Source: an uncultured delta proteobacterium | Lineage (GTDB): Bacteria > Desulfobacterota > Desulfomonilia > UBA1062 | Direction: 5' to 3' | DNA: 64,000 nucleotides | NCBI GenBank assembly: GCA_963752595.1 | Contig: CAVVYZ010000002.1 | Coordinates: forward strand, 256,001-320,000 | Shown here: positions 49,042 through 59,767 of the stretch, in pieces | How the letters are laid out: every line of letters begins with the position of its first letter | Numbering within the stretch: the stretch's first letter is position 1 | Made by a program: the position numbers and the translations under genes | Notes under the pieces: model-generated | The model's input: the letters and a program-made list of their open reading frames with translations, nothing else | Database searches by the model: none | What the model was told of the DNA's origin: nothing

Positions 49042-50037
49042 ATGGACTTTATCGATGAGTCCAAGATTTATGTAAAGGCCGGTGACGGCGGTAACGGTTG
49101 TTGTTCGTTTCGCAGAGAGAAATTTGTTCCCAAAGGCGGCCCTGACGGCGGCGACGGTGGAAAAGGCGGGGATATAATCATCGAAGCATCCCCCCACTTC
49201 CACACCCTGCTCGATCAGCGCTACCATCCGCATTACAAATCCCAAAGAGGGCAGCACGGCAAGGGAAAGAACTGTACCGGGAGGTCGGGTGATGACCTGA
49301 TCATTCATGTTCCCGTGGGTACGGTCGTAAAAGACTATGCGAGTGGAGAGATCATTGCCGATCTCGTCACGGAAGGCCAGACGATCGTCATTGCGCGGGG
49401 AGGAGGCGGCGGCAGGGGCAATGCAAAGTTCGCTACGCCCACGCTGCAGGCCCCGCGGTACTGCGAGCACGGGAAACCCGGGGAAGAAAAGGATTTTCTC
49501 CTCGAGCTCAAGCTCCTGGCCGATGTCGGCCTCGTCGGATTTCCCAATGCAGGAAAGTCCACGCTCATCTCGCGGGTATCGAGCGCACGGCCCAAGATTG
49601 CCGATTATCCCTTCACCACCCTTGCCCCCAACCTCGGTATGGTCAGGTGGAAGAATAACGATTTCGTCATGGCGGACATCCCGGGCATTATCGAAGGGGC
49701 GCACGAGGGGGTCGGCCTGGGCCTGAAGTTCCTCAGGCACATCGAGAGGACCAGGATCATTGTCTATATGATCGATCTCTCTCCATTCACGCAGCGGGAC
49801 CCGAAAGAGGAATTCATCATCCTGAGGCGAGAGCTCGAAGCGTATTCTCCCGAGCTTGTCACCCGCAAGCAGATCGTGATCCTGAACAAATGCGATCTTG
49901 CCGAGGCAAGAGGGAGGGCGAAAGACGTAGTTGCCTTTGTAAAAGACAAGGGGTATCCTTGCTTTATCGCTTCAGCCGCTACCGGTGAAGGGATAGATAC
50001 TGTGCTGGATGAGATGATAAAGGACCTCAATGGATAA
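49042..50037 (+). CDS. obgE: GTPase ObgE/CgtA
   Basis: FRREKFVPKGGPDGGDGG, GFPNAGKS, ADYPFTT, DIPG, NKCD. Confidence 0.97.
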   Translation: MDFIDESKIYVKAGDGGNGCCSFRREKFVPKGGPDGGDGGKGGDIIIEASPHFHTLLDQRYHPHYKSQRGQHGKGKNCTGRSGDDLIIHVPVGTVVKDYASGEIIADLVTEGQTIVIARGGGGGRGNAKFATPTLQAPRYCEHGKPGEEKDFLLELKLLADVGLVGFPNAGKSTLISRVSSARPKIADYPFTTLAPNLGMVRWKNNDFVMADIPGIIEGAHEGVGLGLKFLRHIERTRIIVYMIDLSPFTQRDPKEEFIILRRELEAYSPELVTRKQIVILNKCDLAEARGRAKDVVAFVKDKGYPCFIASAATGEGIDTVLDEMIKDLNG

Positions 50038-51175
50038 GAGTTCCCGCACAATCCTTGCCACCTGCAGACGCGTCCTGATCAAGATCGGCTCCCAGGCATT
50101 GAGTACCGGCAACGGTCTCAACAACCGCATGATCGAGCGTCTCTGCGACGAGCTTTCGCTGCTCAAGGACCAGGGAAAGGAGTTCGCCCTCGTGTCTTCC
50201 GGCGCCATTGCGCAGGGCAAGGCGATCATGAAGATCACGGACCCGAGCATTGCGCTGTCCCGGAAGCAGGCGTTGGCCGCCATCGGCCAGGGCAGCCTCA
50301 TCAGGGCCTACACCGATGCGTTCAGACGCTACGGATACACTGCAGCACAGATCCTCATCACCAGGGACGACCTCGATGTCCGCCACCGCTACCTCAATAT
50401 CCGCAATACCTTCTCCGCCCTCTTCGAACTCGGCGCAATTCCCATTATCAATGAAAACGATACGGTCTCTGTGGACGAGATCCAGTTTACCGACAACGAT
50501 ATGCTCTCGGCCATGATCATCCCCCTTGTGGAGCCCCAGGCACTGATCATCCTGACGGATATTGAAGGTGTCTTCATGGAAGACCCGCGTATCAACCCCG
50601 GCGCAAAGCTGCTCTCCGATATCAGGGATCTGAAAAGCAAAGATATCAAGACCCAGAGCGGAGAGGCTGGAAGCCTGGGAAGGGGCGGGATGAAATCGAA
50701 GCTCCAGGCCGCATATCATGCATCCATGCTCGGCATTCCCACGGTCATCACCTCTGCATATACCCCGCAGGTCATCAGTTCCGTGCTCGAAGGCCATGAT
50801 ATCGGGACATTCGTCCACCCGCGTAAACGCGGAAGACTCACACAGAAAGATCACTGGATGAGCTTTGTGACGAGGCCAAAAGGCAAAGTCGTCGTTGATC
50901 ACGGAGCAGCCGTCATGATCCTGGGCAGCGGCAAGAGCCTGCTTCCCTGCGGCGTTGTGGATGTCGAGGGCATGTTCAAGGCGGGAGACCCTATCGAGAT
51001 CGTGGAGCAGGGAGGAGATGTAATTGCCGTGGGTTTGAGCAACTTCACGACTGAAGAGGTCTCCAGGGTGAAGGGCGCGAACACCTCCCAGGTGTGCAGC
51101 ATCCTGGAAAAAGAATGTGACGAAGAGGTGGTCCACCGCAATAACATGATTTTGAGAAAGGATGCCGGGCAATGA
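50030..51175 (+). CDS. proB: Glutamate 5-kinase
   Basis: IKIGS, VSSGAI, IINENDTV, DND, GGMKSK; C-terminal PUA domain. Confidence 0.96.
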   Translation: MDKSSRTILATCRRVLIKIGSQALSTGNGLNNRMIERLCDELSLLKDQGKEFALVSSGAIAQGKAIMKITDPSIALSRKQALAAIGQGSLIRAYTDAFRRYGYTAAQILITRDDLDVRHRYLNIRNTFSALFELGAIPIINENDTVSVDEIQFTDNDMLSAMIIPLVEPQALIILTDIEGVFMEDPRINPGAKLLSDIRDLKSKDIKTQSGEAGSLGRGGMKSKLQAAYHASMLGIPTVITSAYTPQVISSVLEGHDIGTFVHPRKRGRLTQKDHWMSFVTRPKGKVVVDHGAAVMILGSGKSLLPCGVVDVEGMFKAGDPIEIVEQGGDVIAVGLSNFTTEEVSRVKGANTSQVCSILEKECDEEVVHRNNMILRKDAGQ

Positions 51176-52425
51176 GCGAGAGTCTGGTCGTGAGCATTGC
51201 GAGGAACGCAAGGAGGGCATCGAGATCTCTCGTGAGCCTCTCCAGCGTACGTAAGGCGGATGCATTGAAGCATATGGCAAAGAGCCTGCGGGAGAATGCA
51301 CAAACACTAAAAGAAGAAAACGCAAAGGACCTGGAAGAGGCAAGAAAGAGCGGTCTTCCCCCCGCCATGATCGACAGGCTTACCTTGAACGACAAGACCA
51401 TCGAGGCTATGGCCGGAGCACTGGAAGAGATAGCTGAACTGCCTGACCCTGTCGGGAAGATCACCGGCATGTCCAGAAGGCCCAACGGACTCATGGTGGG
51501 GAAGATGAAGATCCCCATCGGGGTGGTGGCCATCATCTACGAGTCAAGGCCCAACGTTACGGCCGATGCAGCAGGTTTATGCCTCAAGTCCGGCAACGCC
51601 GTCATCCTCCGGGGAGGATCGGAAGCGATCCACTCGAACAGGGCCGTCGCTGGTGTTCTGAAGAAGTCTCTGGAAGCCTCAGGCATCGATCCGGATGTAA
51701 TAGGCTTCATCCCTGTAACGGACAGGCAGGCGATCTTCGAGATGCTCACCCTGGAGCAGTACATCGACCTCGTCATCCCCCGCGGAGGGGAGGGGCTCAT
51801 CCGGAGCGTGGTCGAGAATTCACGGATACCGGTTCTGAAACACTATAAGGGTGTATGCCACATCTTCGTGGACAGGGACGCCGATCTGGAGAAGGCCTAC
51901 AGGATCTGCCTCAATGCAAAGGTCCAGAGACCGGGCGTCTGCAATGCCATGGAGACCCTGCTGGTCGATGAGGCAATAGCGCATGAATTCCTCCCGGAGA
52001 TGATCAGCATCTTCCGGCATCACGGGGTAGAGATCAGGGGGTGCGGGAAAACGCGCGAGATCGTGAGCGATGTAGTCCCTGCTACGGAAAACGACTGGTA
52101 TGAGGAATTTCTGGATCTCATCCTTGCGGTAAAGGTGAGCGGCGATATGCAGGAAGCCATCGACCATATCGAGCAGTACGGCTCGGACCACACCGAGGCC
52201 ATCATCACGGAAAATTACACGCGTGCCATGGAATTCCTCAGGCAGGTGGACTCCTCCACCGTGCTCGTCAACGCAAGCACGCGGTTTTCGGACGGGGGAG
52301 AATTCGGGCTGGGGGCAGAGGTGGGGATCAGCACCTCAAAAATCCATGCATACGGGCCCATGGGCATAGAAGACCTCACCATCGGAAAATTCATCTGCTT
52401 CGGGGACGGCCAGATCAGGACATGA
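51172..52425 (+). CDS. proA: Gamma-glutamyl phosphate reductase
   Basis: [55 protein letters not shown]. Confidence 0.97.
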   Translation: MSESLVVSIARNARRASRSLVSLSSVRKADALKHMAKSLRENAQTLKEENAKDLEEARKSGLPPAMIDRLTLNDKTIEAMAGALEEIAELPDPVGKITGMSRRPNGLMVGKMKIPIGVVAIIYESRPNVTADAAGLCLKSGNAVILRGGSEAIHSNRAVAGVLKKSLEASGIDPDVIGFIPVTDRQAIFEMLTLEQYIDLVIPRGGEGLIRSVVENSRIPVLKHYKGVCHIFVDRDADLEKAYRICLNAKVQRPGVCNAMETLLVDEAIAHEFLPEMISIFRHHGVEIRGCGKTREIVSDVVPATENDWYEEFLDLILAVKVSGDMQEAIDHIEQYGSDHTEAIITENYTRAMEFLRQVDSSTVLVNASTRFSDGGEFGLGAEVGISTSKIHAYGPMGIEDLTIGKFICFGDGQIRT

Positions 52426-53053
52426 GGCTCGGTATCTTCGGCGGCACATTCAATCCCATCCACTTCGGCCACCTGAGGGCCGCCGAAGAGGTCAGGCAGG
52501 ATATCGGTCTCGAACGAGGTTGTTTTCGTTCCGTCTTATATCCCGCCCCACAAGGAGCTTGCAGGAGAGGTTTCAGCAGAAAAGCGCCTCGAGATCGTAC
52601 GGCTGGCCATACGGAGCAATCCTTGTTTTACCCTCTCATCTTTCGAGGTCGACCAGGGGGGTAATTCCTACTCCATCAGGACCATAGAGCACATACGGGC
52701 AGACTACGGCATCACCCCATACTTCATCCTGGGGCAGGACGCCTTTAATGAAATATCCACCTGGTATGAGTCCAGGAAGCTCTTCGACCTTGCTCATTTC
52801 GTGGTCATGTCACGCCCCAATGCAAGGCGGCCTGAACTCGGAGAAGTGCTGGGAGAGAAAGCCGAACTGTTTGCAAAGAGCGGGGACGGCTATGTGAACA
52901 GCTCCGGGAACAAGATAATATATCGTAGAGGTGACCCCGCTCGATATCTCATCGTCTCTTATCCGTGAGGTCTGCCGGCAGGGGAGATCCATCAGATACC
53001 TGGTGCCTGAGGAGGTTGAAGAATACATGAGGAACGAAAGGATGTACGAATAG
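52422..53053 (+). CDS. nadD: Nicotinate-nucleotide adenylyltransferase (apparent frameshifts near 52520 and 52920)
   Basis: [40 protein letters not shown]; conserved proA-nadD-rsfS-rlmH order. Confidence 0.92.
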
Positions 53054-53374
53054 ATGAAACCTTTGTGGAGCAAGGCGGTAGAAGCCCTGGAGGATGTGAA
53101 GGCGACGGATGTCGTTGTCCTGGATGTGAGCGGCGTCTGTTCTTTTACGGATTGTATCATCGTATGCACAGGCATGTCGGACAGGCAGATCAGGGCTATG
53201 GCCGAACACGTGATAGATACTGTCGGGAAGCCATTCGGAGCGGAAGGATTGGATACCGGCCGATGGGTTCTCCTGGACTATGTTGAGGTCATCATCCATA
53301 TCTTCCAGGATGACTTGAGGAAGTATTACGATATCGAAGGCATGTGGTTCGATGCCAAAAGGCTTAAAGGATGA
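53054..53374 (+). CDS. rsfS: Ribosome silencing factor RsfS
   Basis: KATDVVVLDV, RQIRA, WVLLDY, HIF...YYDIEGMW. Confidence 0.93.
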   Translation: MKPLWSKAVEALEDVKATDVVVLDVSGVCSFTDCIIVCTGMSDRQIRAMAEHVIDTVGKPFGAEGLDTGRWVLLDYVEVIIHIFQDDLRKYYDIEGMWFDAKRLKG

Positions 53375-53781
53375 AGCTGGTCTTCTGCATGGCTGGGAAG
53401 ACCGAACGCGGCCCTGTAGGAGAGCTCGTAGACGATTACCGAAAGAGGATTTTCCGATATGGGCCGGTAGAGGTTATCGAGGCCAAAACCCTCAAACTCC
53501 AGAGCAGGGAGGGAACCCATGTGCTCCTGAGCCCTGATGGAGAGAGCATGACCTCGGAGGAATTCGCCCGGTTTATCGGGCAGCAGCAGTTGGGTTCGGT
53601 AAAACACATCTTTTTCTACACCGGCGGCTCCACCGGGTTTGACGAGTCGCTGGAAGAACATATTAAAAAAAAGATATCACTCTCCCCCATGACCTTCAGC
53701 CATCAGATGATCAGGATCATGCTGATGGAGCAGGTCTACCGGGCCTTCACCATCCTGAATAACGAACCCTATCACAAATAA
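53371..53781 (+). CDS. rlmH: 23S rRNA m3Psi1915 methyltransferase RlmH
   Basis: SEEFA, GGSTG, SLSPMTFSHQMIR..LMEQVYRA, PYHK. Confidence 0.93.
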   Translation: MKLVFCMAGKTERGPVGELVDDYRKRIFRYGPVEVIEAKTLKLQSREGTHVLLSPDGESMTSEEFARFIGQQQLGSVKHIFFYTGGSTGFDESLEEHIKKKISLSPMTFSHQMIRIMLMEQVYRAFTILNNEPYHK

Positions 53782-53961
53782 GGAAAAAGAAGTCCTCATC
53801 GGATGACATGAAAGCTCTTTGATTTTTCTATCTAACCAGGTCATTTCATACGATAATCCTATTGTGATAGGAAGACATATTCTTTATAATAGTTTATATG
53901 AATTGATGTATCGATTAACATACATTTGATGGGTAAAGTATTGTCACTACGGGGAGGGAGA

Positions 53962-54447
53962 ATGATGTATTCCAAATTGGTCAAGCTGATCGAGGACAAC
54001 CAGGACGAGCTGACAAGGCGGTCAAGCAAGGAACTTCTCAGCCGGGAAGAGACTCAGTGTTATCGAAGCCTTCCAGTGGATATCCTCAGCGAGCGCATTT
54101 ACGATGTGTACAGCAGGCTTATCTCATGGCTCAATAAGGAAAGGCGATCCGGAGATATCAAGAAATATTACACCGAGCTCGGGAAAAGGCGGTTCCATGA
54201 GGGAATTCCGGTCAGCGAAGTGATAATAGCCTTTATGCTCCTGAAGAGACATCTCTGGCTCTTCGTTACCGAGAGGCAGTTTTTTGATTCCACATATGAA
54301 TGCTATCAGGCCCTGGAGCTTAACAACAAGGTCGTTCTCTTTTTTGACAGGATTATCTATTTTTCCGCCCAGGGGTATGAAGAGGAACTGGGCAAGGCAG
54401 GGCAGCATAAAGAAGGGATCTTTTCAAAGCTGCTCAGGAAAAAATAA
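53962..54447 (+). CDS. Hypothetical all-helical protein (possibly RsbRD N-terminal/globin-like fold)
   Basis: GGAGGGAG RBS; LGKRRFHEGIPVSEV pattern seen in RsbRD_N-like domains; fold call is tentative. Confidence 0.65.
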   Translation: MMYSKLVKLIEDNQDELTRRSSKELLSREETQCYRSLPVDILSERIYDVYSRLISWLNKERRSGDIKKYYTELGKRRFHEGIPVSEVIIAFMLLKRHLWLFVTERQFFDSTYECYQALELNNKVVLFFDRIIYFSAQGYEEELGKAGQHKEGIFSKLLRKK

Positions 54448-54483
54448 ATTTCTTGGGGGAGAATGATCCACATTCCCCTTTGA

Positions 54484-54942
54484 TTATTTTTCGGGTGCCC
54501 CGAGATCGAATGAAACCTTTATCTTGAAGACGCGGCGGGCGGGAAGGTCGAGGACATGTAAGCCCAGCCCACTTTCTATCTCGCGGATTATCTCTCTCGA
54601 TCTTGCGGCATCAGGGGTAATCAGGGTGAACCAGCAGTTGGGCTCGCCCGTCCGCACATAGTTGTGAGTTACCTCGGGGTAGGAATTGACGAGCGTTGCG
54701 TAATCGGGGATCCTCCCTTCAGGAATCTGCACGGCGCAGAGGGTCGAATGCCACCCGAGGAGCCTCGGGTTGATAACCGCGCCGATCCTCCTGATGAAAC
54801 CGCGTTCCTTCAGTGCCCTGATCCGATCAAGGGTCTCGTCTTCGGAGATGCCGATCTTGTCGGCCACGGCCTTAAACGGCTGCTCTTCAAGAGGAAGCGA
54901 ATCATTGATGATGGTGAGGATGCTCCTGTCGATTGCGTCCAT
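54484..54942 (-). CDS. ahbA: Siroheme decarboxylase subunit (AhbA/NirDL-like, Lrp/AsnC fold)
   Basis: MDAIDRSIL..LPL..PF, GFIRRIG, STLCA, EVTHNYVR, NCWFT; downstream of ahbD and hemB. Confidence 0.82.
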   Translation of the reverse strand: MDAIDRSILTIINDSLPLEEQPFKAVADKIGISEDETLDRIRALKERGFIRRIGAVINPRLLGWHSTLCAVQIPEGRIPDYATLVNSYPEVTHNYVRTGEPNCWFTLITPDAARSREIIREIESGLGLHVLDLPARRVFKIKVSFDLGAPEK

Positions 54943-54947
54943 GTTTC

Positions 54948-55937
54948 CTATACCTTGTACCAGCATACGGGGTCGGTTTCCAGGAGGTCCGAACGCACTT
55001 CAAAGGCCCTGGCCCTGCATCCGCCGCAAACAGCCTTATAGCCGCATCTCCCGCATTTTCCTTTGAGCGCCTCCGTGTCCCGGAGGAGGTTCAGATAGTG
55101 CGAGCGCTCCCATGCGGCGCAGAACCCTTCTTTCCTGATGTCTCCGCAGGGAATCTGCAGAAACCCGCACGGCTGGATAATGCCTGTGGACGAAACAAAA
55201 CCGAAATGAGTCCCTGCAAGGCATCCCTTAGTATGGACAGGTTCGCCCTTCTCAGCCAGGAGCCGGTAGAACTGAGGCGCGCAGGTTGCCTTGCATTCTA
55301 TGCGGGCCGCTTTGTAGACAAGGAAAAAGGTGTCCAGCATTTCTTGATATTCTTTGACCTTTGCAGGTTCGAGGTCGACCCCCCTACCGGTGGGTACGAG
55401 GAAAAACACGTGCCAGGCAATGACGTGTAAATCTTCGAGGAATGCAGGGAATGCTTCCATCTGGGAGACGTTCATGGCTGCCACCGTGGTGTTGACCTGG
55501 ACCGGGATTGAGTTTTTGATGAGGATTTCAATTCCGCGCAATGCGAGCTCAAATGCCCCGTTCCGGCCCCGGAACCGGTCGTGCATATCGGCAGTGACGC
55601 CGTCGAGGCTTACAGAAACCCTTGATATTCCTGCCTCTTTCATGCCTTGGGCAATCCCGGGGGTGATGAGAGAACCGTTCGTGGCAAGGGTCATGCGTAA
55701 GCCGAGCGACTTTCCGAACCGGGCAAGATCGAGCACGTCGGAACGCATCAGCGACTCGCCGCCGGAAAGGATTACGAGTTTGGTGCCTGCAGCTGCGACC
55801 TCTTCGAGAAGCGCATATCCCTCGCCCGTGGTGAGCTCACCCGGTTTGGGATCCGGGGTGGCGGAAGCTCTGCAGTGGAGGCAGTCCAAGTTACAGGATG
55901 AAGTGAGCTCCCAGGCGAGTATCCGCGGTGCTTTCAT
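54948..55937 (-). CDS. ahbD: Radical SAM/SPASM heme b synthase AhbD-like
   Basis: [46 protein letters not shown]...CGGCRARA. Confidence 0.85.
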   Translation of the reverse strand: MKAPRILAWELTSSCNLDCLHCRASATPDPKPGELTTGEGYALLEEVAAAGTKLVILSGGESLMRSDVLDLARFGKSLGLRMTLATNGSLITPGIAQGMKEAGISRVSVSLDGVTADMHDRFRGRNGAFELALRGIEILIKNSIPVQVNTTVAAMNVSQMEAFPAFLEDLHVIAWHVFFLVPTGRGVDLEPAKVKEYQEMLDTFFLVYKAARIECKATCAPQFYRLLAEKGEPVHTKGCLAGTHFGFVSSTGIIQPCGFLQIPCGDIRKEGFCAAWERSHYLNLLRDTEALKGKCGRCGYKAVCGGCRARAFEVRSDLLETDPVCWYKV

Positions 55938-56905
55938 TTGAGAATCCCGGCTATCTCCGGTGCAAAATAGGTGATGATCATATCGGCCCCGGCTCTCTTG
56001 ATGGAGATAACGCTCTCCATCATGCACGCCTTCTCGTCAAGCCAGCCCATGGCCGCCGCAGCCTTGATCATGGAGTATTCTCCCGAGACCTGATAGGCGC
56101 ACAAGGGCTCGTCGAACTCATCGGCAAGGCTCCGGATCACATCCAGATACGGCAAAGCAGGCTTGACCATAAGGATGTCCGCACCTTCCTCCACATCGAG
56201 TCGAGCCTCCCGGAGGGCTTCACGGACATTTGCAGGATCCATCTGGTAGCCTTTCCGGTCACCGAAGGCAGGTGCCGACCCTGCGGCCTCCCGGAACGGG
56301 CCGTAGAAGGATGAAGCGTACTTGACCGAATAGCTCATGATCGGCATGTACTCGAACCCGCCTTCGTCAAGGGCTTCGCGGATAATGCCCACGCGGCCGT
56401 CCATCATGTCCGAGGGCGCGACCATGTCAGCGCCGGCCTTGGCATGCGACAGGGCTACCTTTGCCAGGATCTCGAGCGTCTCGTCGTTCTCGACCTCTCC
56501 CTTGGGGTTGAGGATTCCGCAGTGACCGTGGCTTGTATATTCGCACAGGCAGACATCGGTGATGACGAGGAGATCGGGCGCTGCATCCTTGATCCTTTTG
56601 ATTGCCTGCTGGACAATCCCGTCGCTCTTGTGCGCTTGGGTGCCGTAGTTGTCTTTTTTTAAGGGGATTCCAAACAGCAGGACAGCAGGTATGCCCAGAG
56701 AGACGATGTGTTTGGCTTCCGATGCAAGCTTGTCGGGCGAGTACCGGAACCGGCCGGGCATGGCAGCTATCGGTTCCTTGACGGCCTTCCCCTCCTTTAT
56801 GAACAGGGGATAGATGAGATCATCGGCCGACAGGGCAGTCTCCCTTACTATTCTTCGAATAACGGGCTTCAGCCTCAACCTCCGGGATCTGTTCTCAGGA
56901 AACAT
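55934..56905 (-). CDS. hemB: Porphobilinogen synthase
   Basis: [56 protein letters not shown]. Confidence 0.97.
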   Translation of the reverse strand: MFPENRSRRLRLKPVIRRIVRETALSADDLIYPLFIKEGKAVKEPIAAMPGRFRYSPDKLASEAKHIVSLGIPAVLLFGIPLKKDNYGTQAHKSDGIVQQAIKRIKDAAPDLLVITDVCLCEYTSHGHCGILNPKGEVENDETLEILAKVALSHAKAGADMVAPSDMMDGRVGIIREALDEGGFEYMPIMSYSVKYASSFYGPFREAAGSAPAFGDRKGYQMDPANVREALREARLDVEEGADILMVKPALPYLDVIRSLADEFDEPLCAYQVSGEYSMIKAAAAMGWLDEKACMMESVISIKRAGADMIITYFAPEIAGILK

Positions 56906-56980
56906 CTCGTTCTCCCTTCAATCGGAATAATTATATTGCTTATCGGATTAGATATATAACCTGTTTTCAGGCAATGCAAG

Positions 56981-57595
56981 CTATGGAATGGCGAACAGTA
57001 CCGGGAGAAGCTCAAAACCATGGAGGCGTTCGATCACGAGCATGACCATGAAGATCAGCGGGAACCACATGACGCTGAAGAATGCCCTCCTGAAGAGACG
57101 CGTGTCAATGGTATATGAAGGCTGCTCACGATAGATAGAAAGTTTTGGGATGAACATGGGGGTCTTCTTCCGGTATTCCTCGAAGTCTTTGCCGTGGATC
57201 CGGTATAAATGCTCTTCTTCCCCGCGGATGACGAAGGGATAATAGAGGCAGAAGAGGATGACGATCAGGATAAGGACCAGGGTATTCTTAGAAACGAGGC
57301 CGATGCCGAGGGCGCCGATGAGGCTGAACAGGTACAGGGGGTTCCGGACCATGGAGTAGGGGCCGTCCGCAATGAGATCTTTTGTCTTGTGGCCGCTGAT
57401 GTATGCCAATGCCCACAGCCTGCCGAATGTGGCAAGGAGGATGAGTGCAAAGGCGATCAGATCGATTGCGATAGACAAAGCAAAGCTCAGCCTCCAGGAA
57501 GTTTTGGAGAATATGACGAGAAAGACGATCAGCGCACCGAAGATACGCGAAACCGCTATCCGGTATTTCTGGGAAAAATGTTCAGTCAGCCCCAT
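56981..57595 (-). CDS. Isoprenylcysteine carboxyl methyltransferase family membrane protein
   Basis: GPYSMVRNPLY, EEEHL...F.EY..KTPMFIP; several hydrophobic segments. Confidence 0.85.
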   Translation of the reverse strand: MGLTEHFSQKYRIAVSRIFGALIVFLVIFSKTSWRLSFALSIAIDLIAFALILLATFGRLWALAYISGHKTKDLIADGPYSMVRNPLYLFSLIGALGIGLVSKNTLVLILIVILFCLYYPFVIRGEEEHLYRIHGKDFEEYRKKTPMFIPKLSIYREQPSYTIDTRLFRRAFFSVMWFPLIFMVMLVIERLHGFELLPVLFAIP

Positions 57596-57728
57596 ATGTA
57601 CTGACAGTTTCTAGGATACATGCATCTCTCCTGTCAATCTTTTTCAAAGATTTGATTTGTTCAATGGTATTGAGTGTTGTACTAAAATCGTAATAAACAA
57701 TTCCATACAAAATTATCGAGGTGGGAGC

Positions 57729-58775
57729 ATGGCGATACATGCGGTTATCATGGCAGGGGGAAAGGGAGAGAGGCTTTGGCCGGTTTCCAAGCCGGGCATG
57801 CCCAAGCAGCTCCATTCGTTCGGAACCGGGAAAAGCCTTCTCCGGAGTACGTTCGAGCGGCTGAACGGTATCACCGGCAGCAGCAACATCTATATCGTAA
57901 CCAATGCGGAAATCGCGGGAAAGGTTCAAGAACAACTGCCGGAGCTTACCCCCGGGAACATCCTGGTTGAACCCGTGGGCAGGAACACTGCACCCTGCAT
58001 CGCCTATGCGGCGCTTCATATTTCGAAAAAAGATCCCGATGCCGTCATGGCGGTGTTCCCTGCAGATCACCTCATAGGCAAAGAGGCTGATTTCCATGGT
58101 GCCATATCCTTCGGGATCAATGCCCTTGCCGCATGGCCGGATGTCCTCATCACGCTGGGTATGGTTCCTGATCACCCGGAAACAGGGTACGGGTACATCG
58201 CGCCTGGAAATATCATCGATCACGACGGTGATTTCTCGCTCCGCCGTGTTCTCACATTCAAAGAAAAGCCTGATGCGGCAACCGCCCGGGAGTACATCGA
58301 CAAAGGATTTCTCTGGAACGCGGGAATGTTCATATGGCGGGTGGACGCCATACTGAATGCCTTCAGGGCGCATATGCCCCGGATGTATGGCCAGCTTATG
58401 TCCATGGGCGTTGGTGGGGAGATAACTGAGGGAGAGCTCCGGGAATTCTATGAAACGGTCGAGCCGATCTCCATAGACTACGGCATCATGGAAAAGGTCT
58501 CTTCCGCAGGCGTTATCCCTGCAGAGTTCGGCTGGGACGATATCGGCTCATGGGATGCACTGGGGAAAATCCTCCCCCGGGATGAATCCGGCAATGTGAT
58601 CAAGGGTGACGCCCTGCTTGAAGACTCGACGAACAATGTGGTTTGGGCAACCGACAAAAAAATCGTGCTTATCGGAGTGGAGGACCTTGTCGTCATCGAG
58701 GGCGAAGAGGCAATACTCGTCTGTCCACGAAAAAAATCACAACACGTAAGCAAGATAGCGAAGCGGATGAAGTGA
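57729..58775 (+). CDS. manC: Mannose-1-phosphate guanylyltransferase
   Basis: VIMAGGKGERLWP, EPVGRNTAP, PADH, ETGYGYI, FKEKP, WNAGMF, SIDYGIMEK, WDDIGSW. Confidence 0.92.
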   Translation: MAIHAVIMAGGKGERLWPVSKPGMPKQLHSFGTGKSLLRSTFERLNGITGSSNIYIVTNAEIAGKVQEQLPELTPGNILVEPVGRNTAPCIAYAALHISKKDPDAVMAVFPADHLIGKEADFHGAISFGINALAAWPDVLITLGMVPDHPETGYGYIAPGNIIDHDGDFSLRRVLTFKEKPDAATAREYIDKGFLWNAGMFIWRVDAILNAFRAHMPRMYGQLMSMGVGGEITEGELREFYETVEPISIDYGIMEKVSSAGVIPAEFGWDDIGSWDALGKILPRDESGNVIKGDALLEDSTNNVVWATDKKIVLIGVEDLVVIEGEEAILVCPRKKSQHVSKIAKRMK

Positions 58776-59016
58776 ACAAGAGGCCGGCTCATCTCCCGGC
58801 ATTCCATGCGGTGGCTGGTTCAGCCGTGATCCAGGTGTAAAACAAGGCGCCCCCTGACCTGCCCGTGAGCCATATCCTACGAGGAACACTTCGCTCGCGT
58901 GCAGGCTCCCCGATCCCGATTCAATATTGAACTACAGTTTGGAATTACGGTTACCGATGAGATAAGATAATTTGCAGGTTGCATGTGCGCTGGACGGTCA
59001 GCAGTATGGGGTATCT

Positions 59017-59767
59017 ATGAAGATAGAAATTCTTGGTTGCAGCGGATCAGTGATGCAGGGATTCAATACCACCAGCATCCTGGTCAACGGAGACATCCTC
59101 ATCGATGCAGGCTCGGCCGCTTCCGTCCTGCCCGAATGACGGGTATCCGCGCCATCAAGCACATCCTGATCACCCATTCCCATATCGACCACATCAAAGA
59201 GCTGCCTTTCATCCTCGATACGCTGCTGCAACGGTCTCACGGGGTAACGGTCTGGGGAAGCAAGAATACGATCAGTGCCCTCAACGGGAATATCTTTAAC
59301 GGCATTATCTGGCCCGAGATCAGGGAGCTGAATAACCACAAGGATTTTGTGAAATTCCAGGAAGTCCCGGACAGGTGAATTCTCCGCAGGCAATGTCAGG
59401 ATCAGACCTATCCCGGTCGAGCATATCCCGGGTTCTTTGAGCTATCTGATCTCCGAAGGAGATGGCTATGTCCTCATCAGCGGCGATACCGGGTATAATC
59501 AGGCCCTTTTTGACCTGGCCTGCTCTCTTGGCACCGGTCTCAAGGCTTTTTTTATCGAGGTGTCGTTTCCAAACAGGATGAATGAGCTTGCACGAGCTCA
59601 CGCGGCATATCACGCCCATGCTCCTTCAGAAGGGGATTGCAGAACATGTGTCTCCTTCCACCCGCGTCATTGCCTACCATATCAAGCCCAAGCATATTGA
59701 CGAAGTAGTTGCAGAACTCCCCCCGAATGTTGCATATATAACAGGCGGGGAGGTGTTCGAATTTTGA
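59017..59767 (+). CDS. Metallo-beta-lactamase-fold 3',5'-cyclic nucleotide phosphodiesterase (class II-like; apparent frameshifts)
   Basis: MKIEILGCSGS, LIDAG, THSHIDH, IFNGIIWP, SGDTG, IEVSFPN, YHIKP. Confidence 0.8.
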
